From: Octopus sinensis
Lineage: Eukaryota
Reading direction: 5' to 3'
Assembly: GCF_006345805.1 (NCBI RefSeq)
Contig: NC_043008.1
Coordinates: 36,952,001 to 37,016,000 of the forward strand
DNA: 64,000 bases
The translations under genes and the position numbers were made by a program. The notes beneath the pieces are model-generated. The model was not told the origin of the DNA and did not search any database. It worked only from the letters and a program-made list of their open reading frames with translations. The first letter of the stretch is position 1. The number at the start of each line of letters is the position of its first letter. Below, in pieces: positions 27,760 to 40,159 of the stretch.

Positions 27760-28248
27760 GTGAAATAGAAAGATGAATAATCTTGTAGTAGATTAATCAA
27801 AAGTTTAACCGATACCTTAGTAGCAAAATTCACAGCAGTAAACAGCACGGTTGGAGGTACAACCATCTGGCGTTGCAACCGTGCGTTGGTGCGGATAATT
27901 GAAATTAAAACATTATTGGTGAATTGAAGAAATGGAGCTGAACGCAGATTGAACAGAAATCGTTTTATTTCATTCTACACGTGTTTCGAAAGGCACAATT
28001 ACCAAAATCCGATTGAATAATGGGACCATATTGTGTCTTTCTCTTCAGGAAGAAAAAAGGAAATCCGTTGGAAAAACAAAAACAGAACAGAGGCGGAGCA
28101 AAAACAAATCGAACAGAGAAAGACACAATATGGTCCCATTATTCAATCGGATTTTGGTAATTTGTGCCTTTCGAAACACGTGTAGAATGAAATAAAACGA
28201 TTTCTGTTCAATCTGCGTTCAGCTCCATTTCTTCAATTCACCAATAAA
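27755..28248 (-). mobile_element. Fold-back Penelope-like pLTR element in (TA)n
   Basis: ~133 bp inverted arms 27913-28044/28115-28247. Confidence 0.75.
27967..28056 (-). ncRNA. Intact type I hammerhead ribozyme
   Basis: UUUCUUC CUGAAGA GAAAGACACAAU...AUUGUGCCUUUC GAAAC ACGU GUA/ GAAUGAAA; all core nucleotides and three helices present; predicted cut between 27976 and 27975. Confidence 0.85.
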
Positions 28249-28373
28249 TATATATATATATATGTTTAAATATATAAAATTCCATACTTGTGTTCATACT
28301 TGTACAACTGTACTAACATGCATACATACATACACATATGTACACACACACATATGCATGTGCATGTGCACAC

Positions 28374-28425
<52 letters not shown>

Positions 28426-28820
28426 GATTTACGTTGCTTACTTGATAAGGTTTTCTTATTCATAGATTTTTTTTCTGAAACAAGGAATATCAGCTGTCTT
28501 GTTATTTTTATGGAATTTTGTTTTGTTTCTTCTGTTTTTTTTTTACTTTCAGTTATTACTCTAAATAAAATGTCTTTCAGAAAAATGATAAAGAAATAGA
28601 TTTTGTCATCCCCACCCTGCCCACTTCTTATTGGTGCTTCAAATGACATTTTTATTTACTTTTTTATTTTTATCTATCTAAACTTTTCATCTATCAATGA
28701 TATATATTTCCTGTTGAAAACAATAGATTATAGTATTATCATCATCATCATCATCATCTTTATCCTCATCATCATCATCATCATCATTATTATTCTTGTT
28801 GTTGTTGTTGTTGTTATTAA

Positions 28821-29040
28821 GGTGGCAAGTTAATAGAGTCGTTAGCAGATCAAACAATGTGCTTAGTGGCATTTTTTTTCCTGCTCTTTGCATTCTTAGT
28901 TCAATTTATGCTGAGGTCATCATTACCTTTCATCTTTTTGGGGCTTAATAAAAAAAGTACCAGTTGAATGCTGGGAATGATATAATTGACTAGCCCCCTA
29001 ACACACGATTTTAGGACTTGTGCCTGTTGTAGAAAAGATC
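28821..29040 (+). mobile_element. SINE family C, diverged
   Basis: CCTTTCATC core and colinear head. Confidence 0.6.
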
Positions 29041-29044
29041 AATA

Positions 29045-29314
29045 TCATTTTTATTATTATTATTCTTTTTAGCTGTGTCTGATGCTTTAATTATCATTAT
29101 CATTATCAATTTTATTATTAGTATTATTATTATTATTATTATCATTATTATTATTATTATTATTCTTTTAAGCTGTGTCTGATGCTTTAATTATCATTAT
29201 CATTATTATTATTATCATTATTATTATTATTATTATTATTATCATTATTATTATTATTATTATTCTTTTAAGCTGTGTCTGATGCTTTAATTATCATTAT
29301 CATTATTATTATTA

Positions 29315-29366
<52 letters not shown>

Positions 29367-29420
29367 CATTATTATAAACTGTGCCTGATGCCTTAATTAT
29401 TATTGTTGTTGTTGTTGTTG
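29045..29420. repeat. (TTA)n array with 100 bp higher-order period
   Basis: AGCTGTGTCTGATGCTTTAA at 29071, 29171, 29271; variant at ~29377. Confidence 0.9.
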
Positions 29421-30224
29421 AATGAGAGAGCAGTGCTTGCCATCAAAGTCGCACCTGGGGTTTAAATATGTGAAGCCCAATATACCCATTATGACTACCC
29501 ATCTGATAGAGTTACACCAGGCACATGCATCTCAACCATATGTGCACAGCATGGTGATTTCATATCAAGATAAACAGCAGATGACCTTGCAGGTGGAGCC
29601 CAGTTAGATTTTCTTTCAGGTCGAGTAGCTCATCCTGTTCAAAAGGTCCCTGAATAAGAGTTGTTTAAGGATGTTGAATTAAACACTCATGTTTCCATTT
29701 CTTTCCAAATGTCTTCCTGACACCTAGGGCAGAGAAACGCATTGTATACATTGGTAGGCCATTAAAATAAACAAACCATATTGTTCATTTATGAAGTCAT
29801 GTGATAGAGGAAAAGGAGAAGAAAGACAGAAAAAATAAAGAAATAGAAATAAAAAAGTTATAACAAAGAAAATAAAAGGGGGAAAAGGGAAAGAAAATTC
29901 ACAGCAACACTGCTCTTCTCATTACATGACATACAAGTATAAATTCTACAAAACTCTCCATTCCAATCCCATTTAATCATTTGTCAATGTAATTACTCAC
30001 AGTCCCTGGTGTGCTAATTATCACAGGTACAACTTTGCAGATTTCATGTTCTAAATCCTCACGACCTCAAATTTTAAGGGGTTTTAGTTTTCCAAACTTT
30101 CATCTTCTTTCTTCACAATCTTGGGATCAGATGGACATGATGGATTGATCCATTTGCTACTGTCGTTTTTTTTTTTTTTTGTCATTGTTGTTGCTGTTGA
30201 GCGAACTGTCTTTGTCCCATTAGT

Positions 30225-30541
30225 GGGAGAAGTCTGAAACGTGGTCCTTTGCTATTCGTAAGACCCGCAGAAGAGAAAGCAGGTCAACCCCCGACACCGA
30301 GAGCATCGACGGATGGATGAATGCGCATCCAGGCTCAGCGGTTGCATAGGAAGTCGGGGACAAGAAACAGGAAGAAAGAGTGAGAGAAAGTTGGAGCGAA
30401 AGAGTACAACAGGGATCTGCTGGAGCCTTGTGGAACTTTATGTGTTTTCGCTCAATAAACACACACACTGTCTGGGAATCGAAACCGTGATCCTCCGACC
30501 GCGAGTCTGCTGCCCTAACCATTGGGCCATTGTGCCTCCAC
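30225..30541 (-). mobile_element. tRNA-derived SINE, family D
   Basis: Minus strand GGAGGCACAATGGCCCAATGGTTAGGGC (A box)...GGTTTCGATTCCC (B box), followed by a non-tRNA body. Confidence 0.85.
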
Positions 30542-31289
30542 CTGTTGTTGCTGTTGTTATTGCTTGGTTTCATACCAGCTGTTCCAAGTCTCACCCAGAG
30601 ACTTCAAGAAACAATAAGTAAGACATTTTGTTGTGTTTATAAGTAGCAATGATATATCACTAGTGAAGGAGACATACACTGGGAATTAAGATTTGGTTAA
30701 AAATTTGTTGCAATATTTAAGATTTGAAAATGAGTATAAAAGATCAAGATATTCTCAGGTTGACAGTGTTTTTCTTAGCATGTTAGCAGTGTCCAGGAGA
30801 AGAATTTCTTGTAGTTCTGATACATTTTGGTTCCCTGGTATTTGACCATAGTGATTAAGAATGTCATTTGGTATTATTCCCAAAGCTCTGATGATCTCAG
30901 GTACTTTTGTCATTCTTTGATGCCACATCTTTGTATTTACTTAACTCTTCAAACATTTTTCACAGAGTTGTTGCAGTCTTTAGTAAGTCCTAAGATTGGC
31001 AGTAGAGTGCGAATTGTGAATCTTGAAAACTTATAACCAACAACACTATTTCCCACAAAATGTAATGGGAAATAAACTAATCAGATATACCATGTTTGAA
31101 TAACCATTGACGAATCTAGAATAGTGTTGCTGCAACATGTCTAAAGAACATCATGCAGCACCTGATGGACTAAGATTCGTTCACCAACATGTTTGCAGCA
31201 TTTCCCACCATTTCCTTTCTCTAATTCTACCATCACTAACACTGCCACCACCACCACCACCACCACCACCACCACCACCACCACCACCA

Positions 31290-31351
<62 letters not shown>

Positions 31352-32009
31352 CTTCTTCTTAGACAGATGGACAGATTTGAGGTCTTAGGTTCAATCCCAT
31401 TACATAGCATATTGGATATGTCTTTTCTTCAGTTCTATATTTAAAAGATGAGGAATTATGTACATTATTTACATTATTGACATTTATAGCACAACTGAAG
31501 ACTTGGGTTTCAAAGAATTATTGGAAGGCACCAAATCATTCTAAGAACAGAATCATAACCAGACTTCCTGGATAGAGTATCAGTCCAGCATGACCAGCTG
31601 ACAAAGTACTTCACACTTTGCACTACAGTATTTTCTAATACTGTTGAGCCTATGTGTGGACAGTTGACTGAGCCATATGTGTGCTGACTATCTGACAGTG
31701 GAGATAGTCAGAAAAAGGCAACAGTTACAAGATGCAAACCTCTAACTTGTCAACTATTTTAATGATACACTATCCACTTGGCATTCTGCTGCATTCTGTA
31801 TCACAGGGGTAGGGTATGTGTATAAAGGGTAGGGGTTGCTTGTCTAAATTGATAGAGTATTGTTTTAATATCCTCATTGCCATTGGCTAGTCTACATTAT
31901 TGATATTTATTCTTCACTGGGGACTTTTCCATTATTGTTTTCTTAGTACTGCAACTGACTAGCTTAAGTACAAACGTTTGTTTTATATACTGAGCACACA
32001 CACATACAT

Positions 32010-32049
<40 letters not shown>

Positions 32050-33047
32050 CACTATTTCCCTGTATATGTGTGTTTGTATATTTTGTCTATGCATACGTAT
32101 TTCATCACCATCATTATCATCAATATAATCATCATCATTTTAATGCCAGTTTTTCCATGCTTGCATGGGTCTGACAGAAATTATTGAAGTAGATTTTCTA
32201 CAACTGGATGCTCTTCCTGTCACTAACCCTCACCTGTTTTCCCCATAGTAGAGCATGTTTTGACATAAACATGGAAGTGCACCACTGCTTGCAACAGTGA
32301 TGCTCGTTTGCAGTTACTCTGCAATGTCAAGGCAAGGAGACACACAAACACACTCACACACACACACACATGCATACATACATTAATATAAATTTTAAAA
32401 TTTGCTATATTGATGTACTTTTGCATGCTGAATACGATCTTGAGATTCATTTATTCCAGAAAAATTTTAGAAAAAGGTTGCATAGATTGAAAGTTGATAA
32501 TTTTTACCCAATCAGAAAACAGGATTTCAAAGCTAGACCTTTTTTGCATGATAGTTGTATATCATAAAATGAAAGTAAACAGTACAGCAATGAAGTTTTA
32601 TTTGAAATGAAAACAATTACATGTCTTAACAAGAAGTGAGGATGCAGCATGTGGGAGAGGTATACATATACAGAGAGAGGGGAAGGCATAAGAGAGAGAG
32701 AGAGTCTGATGGCAACAGAGTGTGGGAGATTAGTTGATCTAAAAGTTGAAGTATTGCTCATAGAAAATTAAACTTTTTGATTAATTATAACTGAATACCT
32801 TGTTTTTAGGATACATTTCGTAAACTAAATCCATTTTTCTCACTTTTCTGTCGGCTATCACTCATTCAGGTCTTTTTTTTTTTCTTTTTTTGCTTGTTTG
32901 GCAAGTGATGTGACACTTCGTAGAATCTTCCTCTGAACATCTCCCATGAGTGAATTTCTATATTTATTTGACAACACCCTCAAACCAGATGTGACACACA
33001 TCGACCTCCTTTAAAAGAGAGATGTTACTAAATTTTCCATACTGACC

Positions 33048-33108
33048 GCTCTGAAGAGCACATTCACAGATAATCAATTAATTTGTGTGTGAAACCAAAT
33101 GGTAAGAT
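33048..33108 (+). ncRNA. Type I hammerhead motif (intact core, weak helix I)
   Basis: CT CTGAAGA(33051) GCACA...TGTGT GAAAC(33091) CAAATG GTA(33102-33104) AG. Confidence 0.6.
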
Positions 33109-33311
33109 TATCTGAAATGGATATATATATATATGCAACCTGAAACCATTTGGCTGAGGAAACAAAATTCTTAATTACATAAACATGTTCTCTCTCTCTC
33201 TCTCTTTCTCTCTCTCACTCACTCTCTCTCTCTCACTTTCTTCCCCTCTCTTTTTCTCCTCCACATATATATATTATATGTTGCATATATTTGTATTAAT
33301 ATATATATATA

Positions 33312-33706
33312 GGTGTAGGAGTGGCTGTGTGGTAAGTAGCTTGCTTACCAACCACATGGTTCCGGGTTCAGTCCCACTGTGTGGCACCTTGGGCAAGTAT
33401 CTTCTACTATAGCCTCAAGCCGGCCAAAACCTTGTGAGTGGATTTGGTAGATGGAAACTGAAAGAAGCCCATCTTTTTATTGTATATATATATATTTGTG
33501 TGTTTGTGTTTGTCCCCGCCAACATCGCATGACAACCGATGCTGGTGTGTTTACGTCCCCGTAACTTAGCGGTTCAGCAAAAGAGACTGATAGAATAAGT
33601 ACTAGGCTTACAAAGAATAAGTCCTGGAGTCGATTTTCTCGACTAAAGGCGGTACTCCAGCATGGCCACAGTCAAATGACTGAAACAAGTAAACGAGTAA
33701 AAGAGT
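33312..33706 (+). mobile_element. SINE family A, full length
   Basis: tRNA-like head (TGGCTGTGTGG, GGTTCAGTCCC), internal microsatellite, tail GACTGAAACAAGTAAA. Confidence 0.92.
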
Positions 33707-33711
33707 ATATA

Positions 33712-34133
33712 TAAGCAATAATAAATAATAAATAGATATATACAGCAGCAGCACAACATTGTGAAGTATATTTGCCACCTAAATGTGGCTAACCCTTAAG
33801 GGTCGATGCTACTGCAACTTACCCCAGGAAGATATCTCCTACTGCTGGCTATTGACACAGTATCTGTGCCCTATCAGTATTTGCAAAGGGAAGTCATCAT
33901 TCCCATCTCCAGCCTGATGTGATACGCATGGACCTGAGTTTCTGGGTATTGATCCATCATCAGTGTGTGACAACCACCAGTTGGCTATGGGAAGTGATTC
34001 TCAATGCAAATATATATATACTTTTTCAAAAAAGTGGAAACAAGCAATAATAAATCTCTGAGCGAGATATAAATAGTAGCAGCATGACATTGTGAAGTAT
34101 ATTTGCCACCTAAATGTGGCTAACCCTTAAGGG
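33712..34133 (-). mobile_element. ~330 bp partially tandem unit with hammerhead (pLTR or retrozyme-like)
   Basis: Direct repeat ~33712-33802/34042-34133; minus strand CUGAUGA UGG...CCA GAAAC UCAG GUC at 33963-33931. Confidence 0.6.
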
Positions 34134-35728
34134 TGTGTTGCATTCCATTACCTAATAAATGAAAGAGTGTATCAGTAAACAACATAGCATATACTGAATG
34201 TAAAAATGAACGGGAGACAAACAGAAGGTCCGTAATTCTTCATCAGTTATCAACCAATTGATAATATTCAGTTTCACACCTTTAATGGTAATACTGAGCA
34301 CTTCCCAATTAGTGGTGCCCGCAAAAAAAGTTTTCTTGCAGAGAATTAGGGACAAAAGCAAACAAAACAAACAAAATGGCACAGAGTGTGATTTAGGACA
34401 GTGGACGTGGACAAACAATCGAGCAAATTATGACTTTGGGGCCAAGGAGACAAAATTAGTGGGTAACGCTTAGAAAATGTCTTGAAGGATGGAGAACAGA
34501 GAGACAGAGAATTTGCAACCGGTCAGCTACGGGACCAGTGTAAGGAAGGAAAAGAGGAACTGGCCAATGGTCATGTGGCAGCAGCAGGGAGAGGGAGTGA
34601 CAGAGAAAAAGGGAAGGGATGAAGAAGAAGAAGAGAGGGTAGGAATACAAGAGGGAGAGAGAGAAAAAGAGTAAGTAGAAAGGCTAGAATAGAAGTGAGA
34701 GGGTGAGAGAAAGAAAAGAGGAAAGAATGAAGGCAAGAGAAAAAGAGTCACACGGGATCAACTGGGGTCGATCTAATCCACTGTCCCCTCCACTATAAAC
34801 GTTCGGGCCTTGTGCCTAGAGTAGAAAAGGATATAGCTGTTTCTCTTTCTTCTCTTAAATGTGTGTGTCTGTGTGTCTATTTGTATATATATTTGTACAT
34901 TTACATAAAATACAGTATAAGTCCATGCATTTAGATATTCACAAGTTTATATATGTGTGCATGCATGTGTATGTGTGTGTGTCTGCCTGCATGCATGTGT
35001 GTACGTGTGTGTGTGCACGTGTGTGTGTGCATGTGAGCAAGTGTCTGTGCACATGTGTGTGTGCATGTGCATGTGTGTATGTGTGTTTGTGTATCTAAAA
35101 TGATCTTTTGTTTATGAGTCAATATTTTTTTACTCATTTATATATTTACGTATCTCCATAGATATATCTATTTTGTGATGTAGAATATTTTCCCAAAATT
35201 AATAAACTCTGTAAGTACGTGCGTATCATATATAGATGCAATATATATAATATATAGGATATGTATTTTTTATTTTCAATATCATGACTATACCATCATT
35301 CTTTTACATCCATTTTCTATGCTAACAAGGGTTGAATAGAATAAAGATATACATATATATACTGCCTGTCATCACAAGGCTATTGAAATCCACCACATTC
35401 TTACCATCCTCCCACCCCACTCATATTTGTCTTTGAGCGCCTCTACTCTTGTTCATTGTTCACTACAATCACCCCTACTCCTATCTGTAACTATATCACT
35501 TCCTCATGCTACTCCTCCTATGCTATTGCAACTTTACTCATCCAGCTTTTCTGATCCTCTGTTCATCTTCTTTTACCAGAAGGGTACACCCTAACCCTTT
35601 GTTACCACCATTTATATCTCTTTTTTTGATTCCACCCCATTTGCACTCACTCAACATTCTGTAATGTGGAGAAGTCATGTATTGCCTCTTCAACAAGCCT
35701 ACACATAACTCTTCCATTATTCTTTAAT

Positions 35729-36110
35729 TACTCTTTTATTTGTTTCAGTCATTTGACTGTGGCCATGCTGGAGCACCACCTTTAGTTGAGCAAATTCACC
35801 CCAAGACTTATTCTTTGTAAGCCTAGTACTTATTCTATCGGTCCGCTAAGTTACAGGGACGTAAACACACCAGCATCGGTTGTCAAGCGATGTTGGGGGG
35901 ACAAACACAGACCCACAAACATACACACACACATATATACATATATACGACGGGCTTCTTTCGGTTTCCGTCTACCAAATCAAATCACAAGACTTTGTTC
36001 AGCCCGAGACTATAGTAGAAGACACTTGCCCAAGGTGCCACGTAGTGGGACTGAATCCGGATCTATGTGGTTGGTAAGCAAGCTACTTACCACACAGCCA
36101 CTCCTACACC
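35729..36110 (-). mobile_element. SINE family A
   Basis: Reverse copy. Confidence 0.9.
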
Positions 36111-36501
36111 TTTCTGAACTTATTGCCTCAGAACCACCTCCCTTCCTACTTGTTTCCCTCTCAGTTAGATGGTCTCTTTAGTCTTGCATGTTACAAGGTG
36201 ACCTCACCAGTGCTGGTGCCACAAAGCAAAAAATTATAAAATGCAGCCACTACACTCTGTAAAGTGATTTATATTAGGAAAGGAGCATTCACCCATATAG
36301 ACCAGGCTGAAACTGAGATGCCAGAGCAAGATGTGTTTCCTCCAATCTGTGGGATCTTGTCAGACCTTTTAATCCATGCTAGCCTGGAAAGCAGACCTGG
36401 AATGATGATGATGCTACATACACATACATAAACATACATCAATATACACAAACACATATATATGGTATATATGATACACATGTAATATATATATATATAT
36501 A

Positions 36502-36897
36502 CTAGCAGTATCGCCCGGCGTTGCCCGGGTTGTAAGGGAAATAACTATATAAGCATTTTTAGAGAGTTATAGCCAAAAAATAGCAAAAAAATGCATTAAA
36601 AATTGAAAAAAAATTAAGGTAAATTTTTTTTTTAAATCGTTGACACATCGTAGATATTTTTAGAGAGTTACTTCCCTTATATAAAAGCGAAAAAAATGCA
36701 TTAAAATGGAAAAATATGATGGTAAATTTTTTTAAAATCGTAGACTCATCGTAGACGCGCGCTAATACCCAGAAGGGCTCGATATGAATTACGACTATAA
36801 GATACCCGCTTTTGGTTAAACGGCACCGCAAAATGTGGGAGTAGTTACGAATCTAAATCGTAGGAGACAGACACACAACTTCACTTTTATATAAAGA
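36502..36897 (-). mobile_element. Non-autonomous Helitron
   Basis: 5' A|TCTTTATATAAAAG; subterminal hairpin CCCGG-GCAACG-CCGGG (36514-36529); 3' CTAG|T; no TSD. Confidence 0.85.
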
Positions 36898-38146
36898 TGC
36901 TTTTTTTTTTCAGTCATAGAGTTAGATTTATGAAGGTCTTCAGTAGAAAATCCTTCGAATTCTGACTCGCTGCTTGATATAATGAAATTCGTAGTCCAAA
37001 TTTTGAAAACAATAGGAACAAATTTCGGAAAAAAATCTCCCATAATTCACGGAATTAAAATTACACTTCGATTTTTGTACAAAACTGTATTTGAAGTGTT
37101 TACGAAGTATAATACGTGTTTTCACGAATGTACTAAAGAGATTTACTCTGATATTCTCATTTAAATATGAATAGGTAAATTCGGGCGGTTTGGTAATGAA
37201 AGGGTTAAACGGATGCATACATTTATTAATAACTATATATAAGTGTCGTCTGTTTATACATAAACACTGTTTCATACTGCAATTATATATACATATATCT
37301 ATATATAATATTATATAATAAAATATATACAGAGTAAAATAAAAACCAATTTACCTTTTCTGTATTGTTATAGCAATTCGACCGTCCGTGTGTCTTTGCA
37401 AATGTGTTGGAATGATAAGTGAGTTGTGTTTTGGCACCTTTTTTACTAATAACAAACATACACGTGTTTGTATGTAGTTGTTTGAAACGTTTGTGTTTGC
37501 CACTCTCATATATGTATGTGTATGCGTGTGTGTGAGGAATGACACACACACACTCACGCACGCACACATGTACATCAATGCTTTCGGAGTGAAATGTTAA
37601 AATATTGAGTTTTCTCGAATTTTGTCTTAATTGGTGGTAAAATTGAAAGAAATTTTTTATGGCATCACCCACTGGAAGTACTCTGAAAAATCATGGGTAC
37701 ACTCTAATTGAAGAAATTGTGTGAGGAGTAAATCGTTATGTATTTATTTGTTTCTGTTTGCTGTTTTTTTTTTTTTTAGTAGTGGTTTAAGGTACACTTC
37801 TCTCGTTTTATCGAATTAGTTTCACTTTAATCGCTGCAAACTTGCAAAGAGAAAGTCGTAGAAATGAGTGATAGCGTGAGTGAATGAGATCGCTCCCTTT
37901 TTGTGTGTGTGTGTGTGCGAGTGCTGTAGCCCACATTAAGAGAAGCATTTGACTCATACACCACAATGTGAGTTTTCTCTACATTTTGCTTAATTGGGGT
38001 TGAAATTTTAAAAACTGGACCTGGCATGACCCGATGCATTCTACTCTTAAAAATGCTAGGTAAATTGTAATTGAAGAAATCCTATATTGTAGATTTGTAT
38101 AAGTGACAAAGGGAGGCAGATAAAATCTGCCTTTTATAATAAGAGA
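36898..38146 (-). mobile_element. Helitron 5' extension containing a piggyBac-like end
   Basis: Second 5' end A|TCTCTTATTATAAAAG at 38146; TTAACCCTTTCATTACC at 37208; SSSESEFEGFSTEDL acidic peptide. Confidence 0.55.
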
Positions 38147-38411
38147 TATATAATCCTTCTATAGGCATAATGCCTGAAAATATTCTTTATTAGTTTAGGA
38201 GTTAGCTAGTTCATTGATTCCATTACTCAAATGGTTCTTATTTCATTGATTCATTGACCCCCATATAGATAAAAGACTAAATTGACCTCAGCAGAATTTG
38301 AACTCAGAATGAAAAGATGGACAAAATGCTTAGCAGAATTTTGTCCTGCATGCTAATGATTCTGCCAGCTCACCACCTTTCATGTGTATATATATATGTG
38401 TGTATGTATAT

Positions 38412-38412
<1 letters not shown>

Positions 38413-38443
<31 letters not shown>

Positions 38444-38742
38444 TTAATGTCCGCTTTCCGTGCTAGCATGGGTTGGACGATTTGACTGAGGACTGGCAAA
38501 CCAGATGGCTGCACCAGGCTCCAATCTTGATCTGGCAGAGTTTCTACAGCTGGATGCGCATCATCGCTTGACAACCAATGTCTATATGTTTACATCCCTG
38601 TAACTTAGCAGTTTGGCAAAAGAGACCGATTCAATAAGTATTAGGTTTACAAACAATATGTTCTGTGGTTGATTTGTTTGACTAAAGATGGCGCTCCAGC
38701 ATGGCTGCAGTCATATAGCTGAAACAAATAAAAGAATAAAAG
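38413..38742. mobile_element. Chimera of SINE B (minus) and SINE A 3' half (plus)
   Basis: Switch at GATGCGCATC, ~38553-38562. Confidence 0.75.
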
Positions 38743-40159
38743 AATATATATATATATATGTATATTTGTGTGTGTTTATGCTTGTGTGTGTGTGTGTGTG
38801 TAGTTAAGTGTTTTGTCATTTCTCTCTCATTTTCCTATTAGCTGGATGTGATAATAACAGTTCTGATATATATAATATCAATAATTTCATCATCAGGAAT
38901 CTCAAACTATTGGTCATTTAAATCTCAGCAGATTAACAAACTATCTTGTCTGAGGAAACGGTGAAGAAAAACCAAAACGGAAAAAAAAAAATAATAAATA
39001 TGAATAAAATATATACAAAATAATAAAGTAAAAATAAAATGAAATAAAAAATATATAATTTTAGAAAACAAACCCAAGTCAAATCACAAAGTAAATAATT
39101 ACCTTTTTTCTTTCTTTCCTTTTATTTCTTTTGTCTTAATATTGGCATTTCAAATGAGTCCACTATATTTTCACAGTCATTGTTTAACCTAACTTAATAC
39201 TCACCAGAATTATTCTTCATAAATGCCAAAAATCCCAGGAGAAGTTATTTATTTATTGCCTTTTACTATAAGTCTGTTAAATACTTTCTCTGTTTTTTGT
39301 TTGTTTTTTTTTAATTCTTAATGTTTTTCCTATACAGTATATAAAACTAAAACCAAAAACAAAAAAAAGGAAAAAGTAAAAAAAAGTATTGATGTTTTTC
39401 AGATTATTGAAATAAACTTGATTTTATATTATTATTTAATCTTTTCTTGGTTTTGTAAATGTTTGTTCATATTAACACATAGGGTTGCACTAGTCTGCAA
39501 AGTTTTGATATTTCTATAAATTCTCTTTGTGTCCATAACATTTTTTTTTCAATATAAAAGTTCCCTGACATTGGTATTTCTGTTGTTGTCAGCTCAGATT
39601 GAACAGGTTTGTGACCAAAAATATTCCATCCATGGCCATCCTGTACGTATTTTAGGATTGCAGGGAGGTCTGCATATTGTATTTGTGACTATAGCAGGTC
39701 TTCATTCATTTTCAAAGTAGCAAGATATGTGTTTAGGTAAATCTAACTGTTAATTTCTACTCAAGTGATCATATAGAATCTCCCTAATTTTCTCAAATCC
39801 TCAAGGTTCCTTAGACTGTTGTTTAACCCCTCTTCCCATGAACATCTGTAGTTGTGACTGAAGAAACATTTGCTTTCCTTGCATCATAATGCAACATTAT
39901 ATGCTTTCACTTGCCCTCTGTATTAGTGAAGTTGATTCAGACATCACCAAAAACAGGCCTTTTTCATGCAAGCGCAGGTGCTCATAGAGAAAAGGTAAAC
40001 TTCTTTCAAAGGTAACATACGAAATAAAAACTACAGTTAAGGTTTCTCTACCACATGTTCTTTGTGTATTCCACTCATTTCCTTCAGGTTTCTCTAATGG
40101 TAGCTGGGTCCTTAGAATAAATGCTGTTCCTGCTTTGTCAGAAAACTAACCAGATATTT

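Noticed and set aside
29045-29420. CRISPR-like repeat-spacer appearance
   Set aside because: Spacers are TTA microsatellite, the context is eukaryotic and there are no cas genes
29421-29700. Possible HDV-like ribozyme in a TAA-associated element
   Set aside because: Could not build the nested double pseudoknot by eye
30470-30541. tRNA gene (also 55911, 56166)
   Set aside because: A and B boxes are present, but the acceptor stem is not closed and the sequence continues into a SINE body
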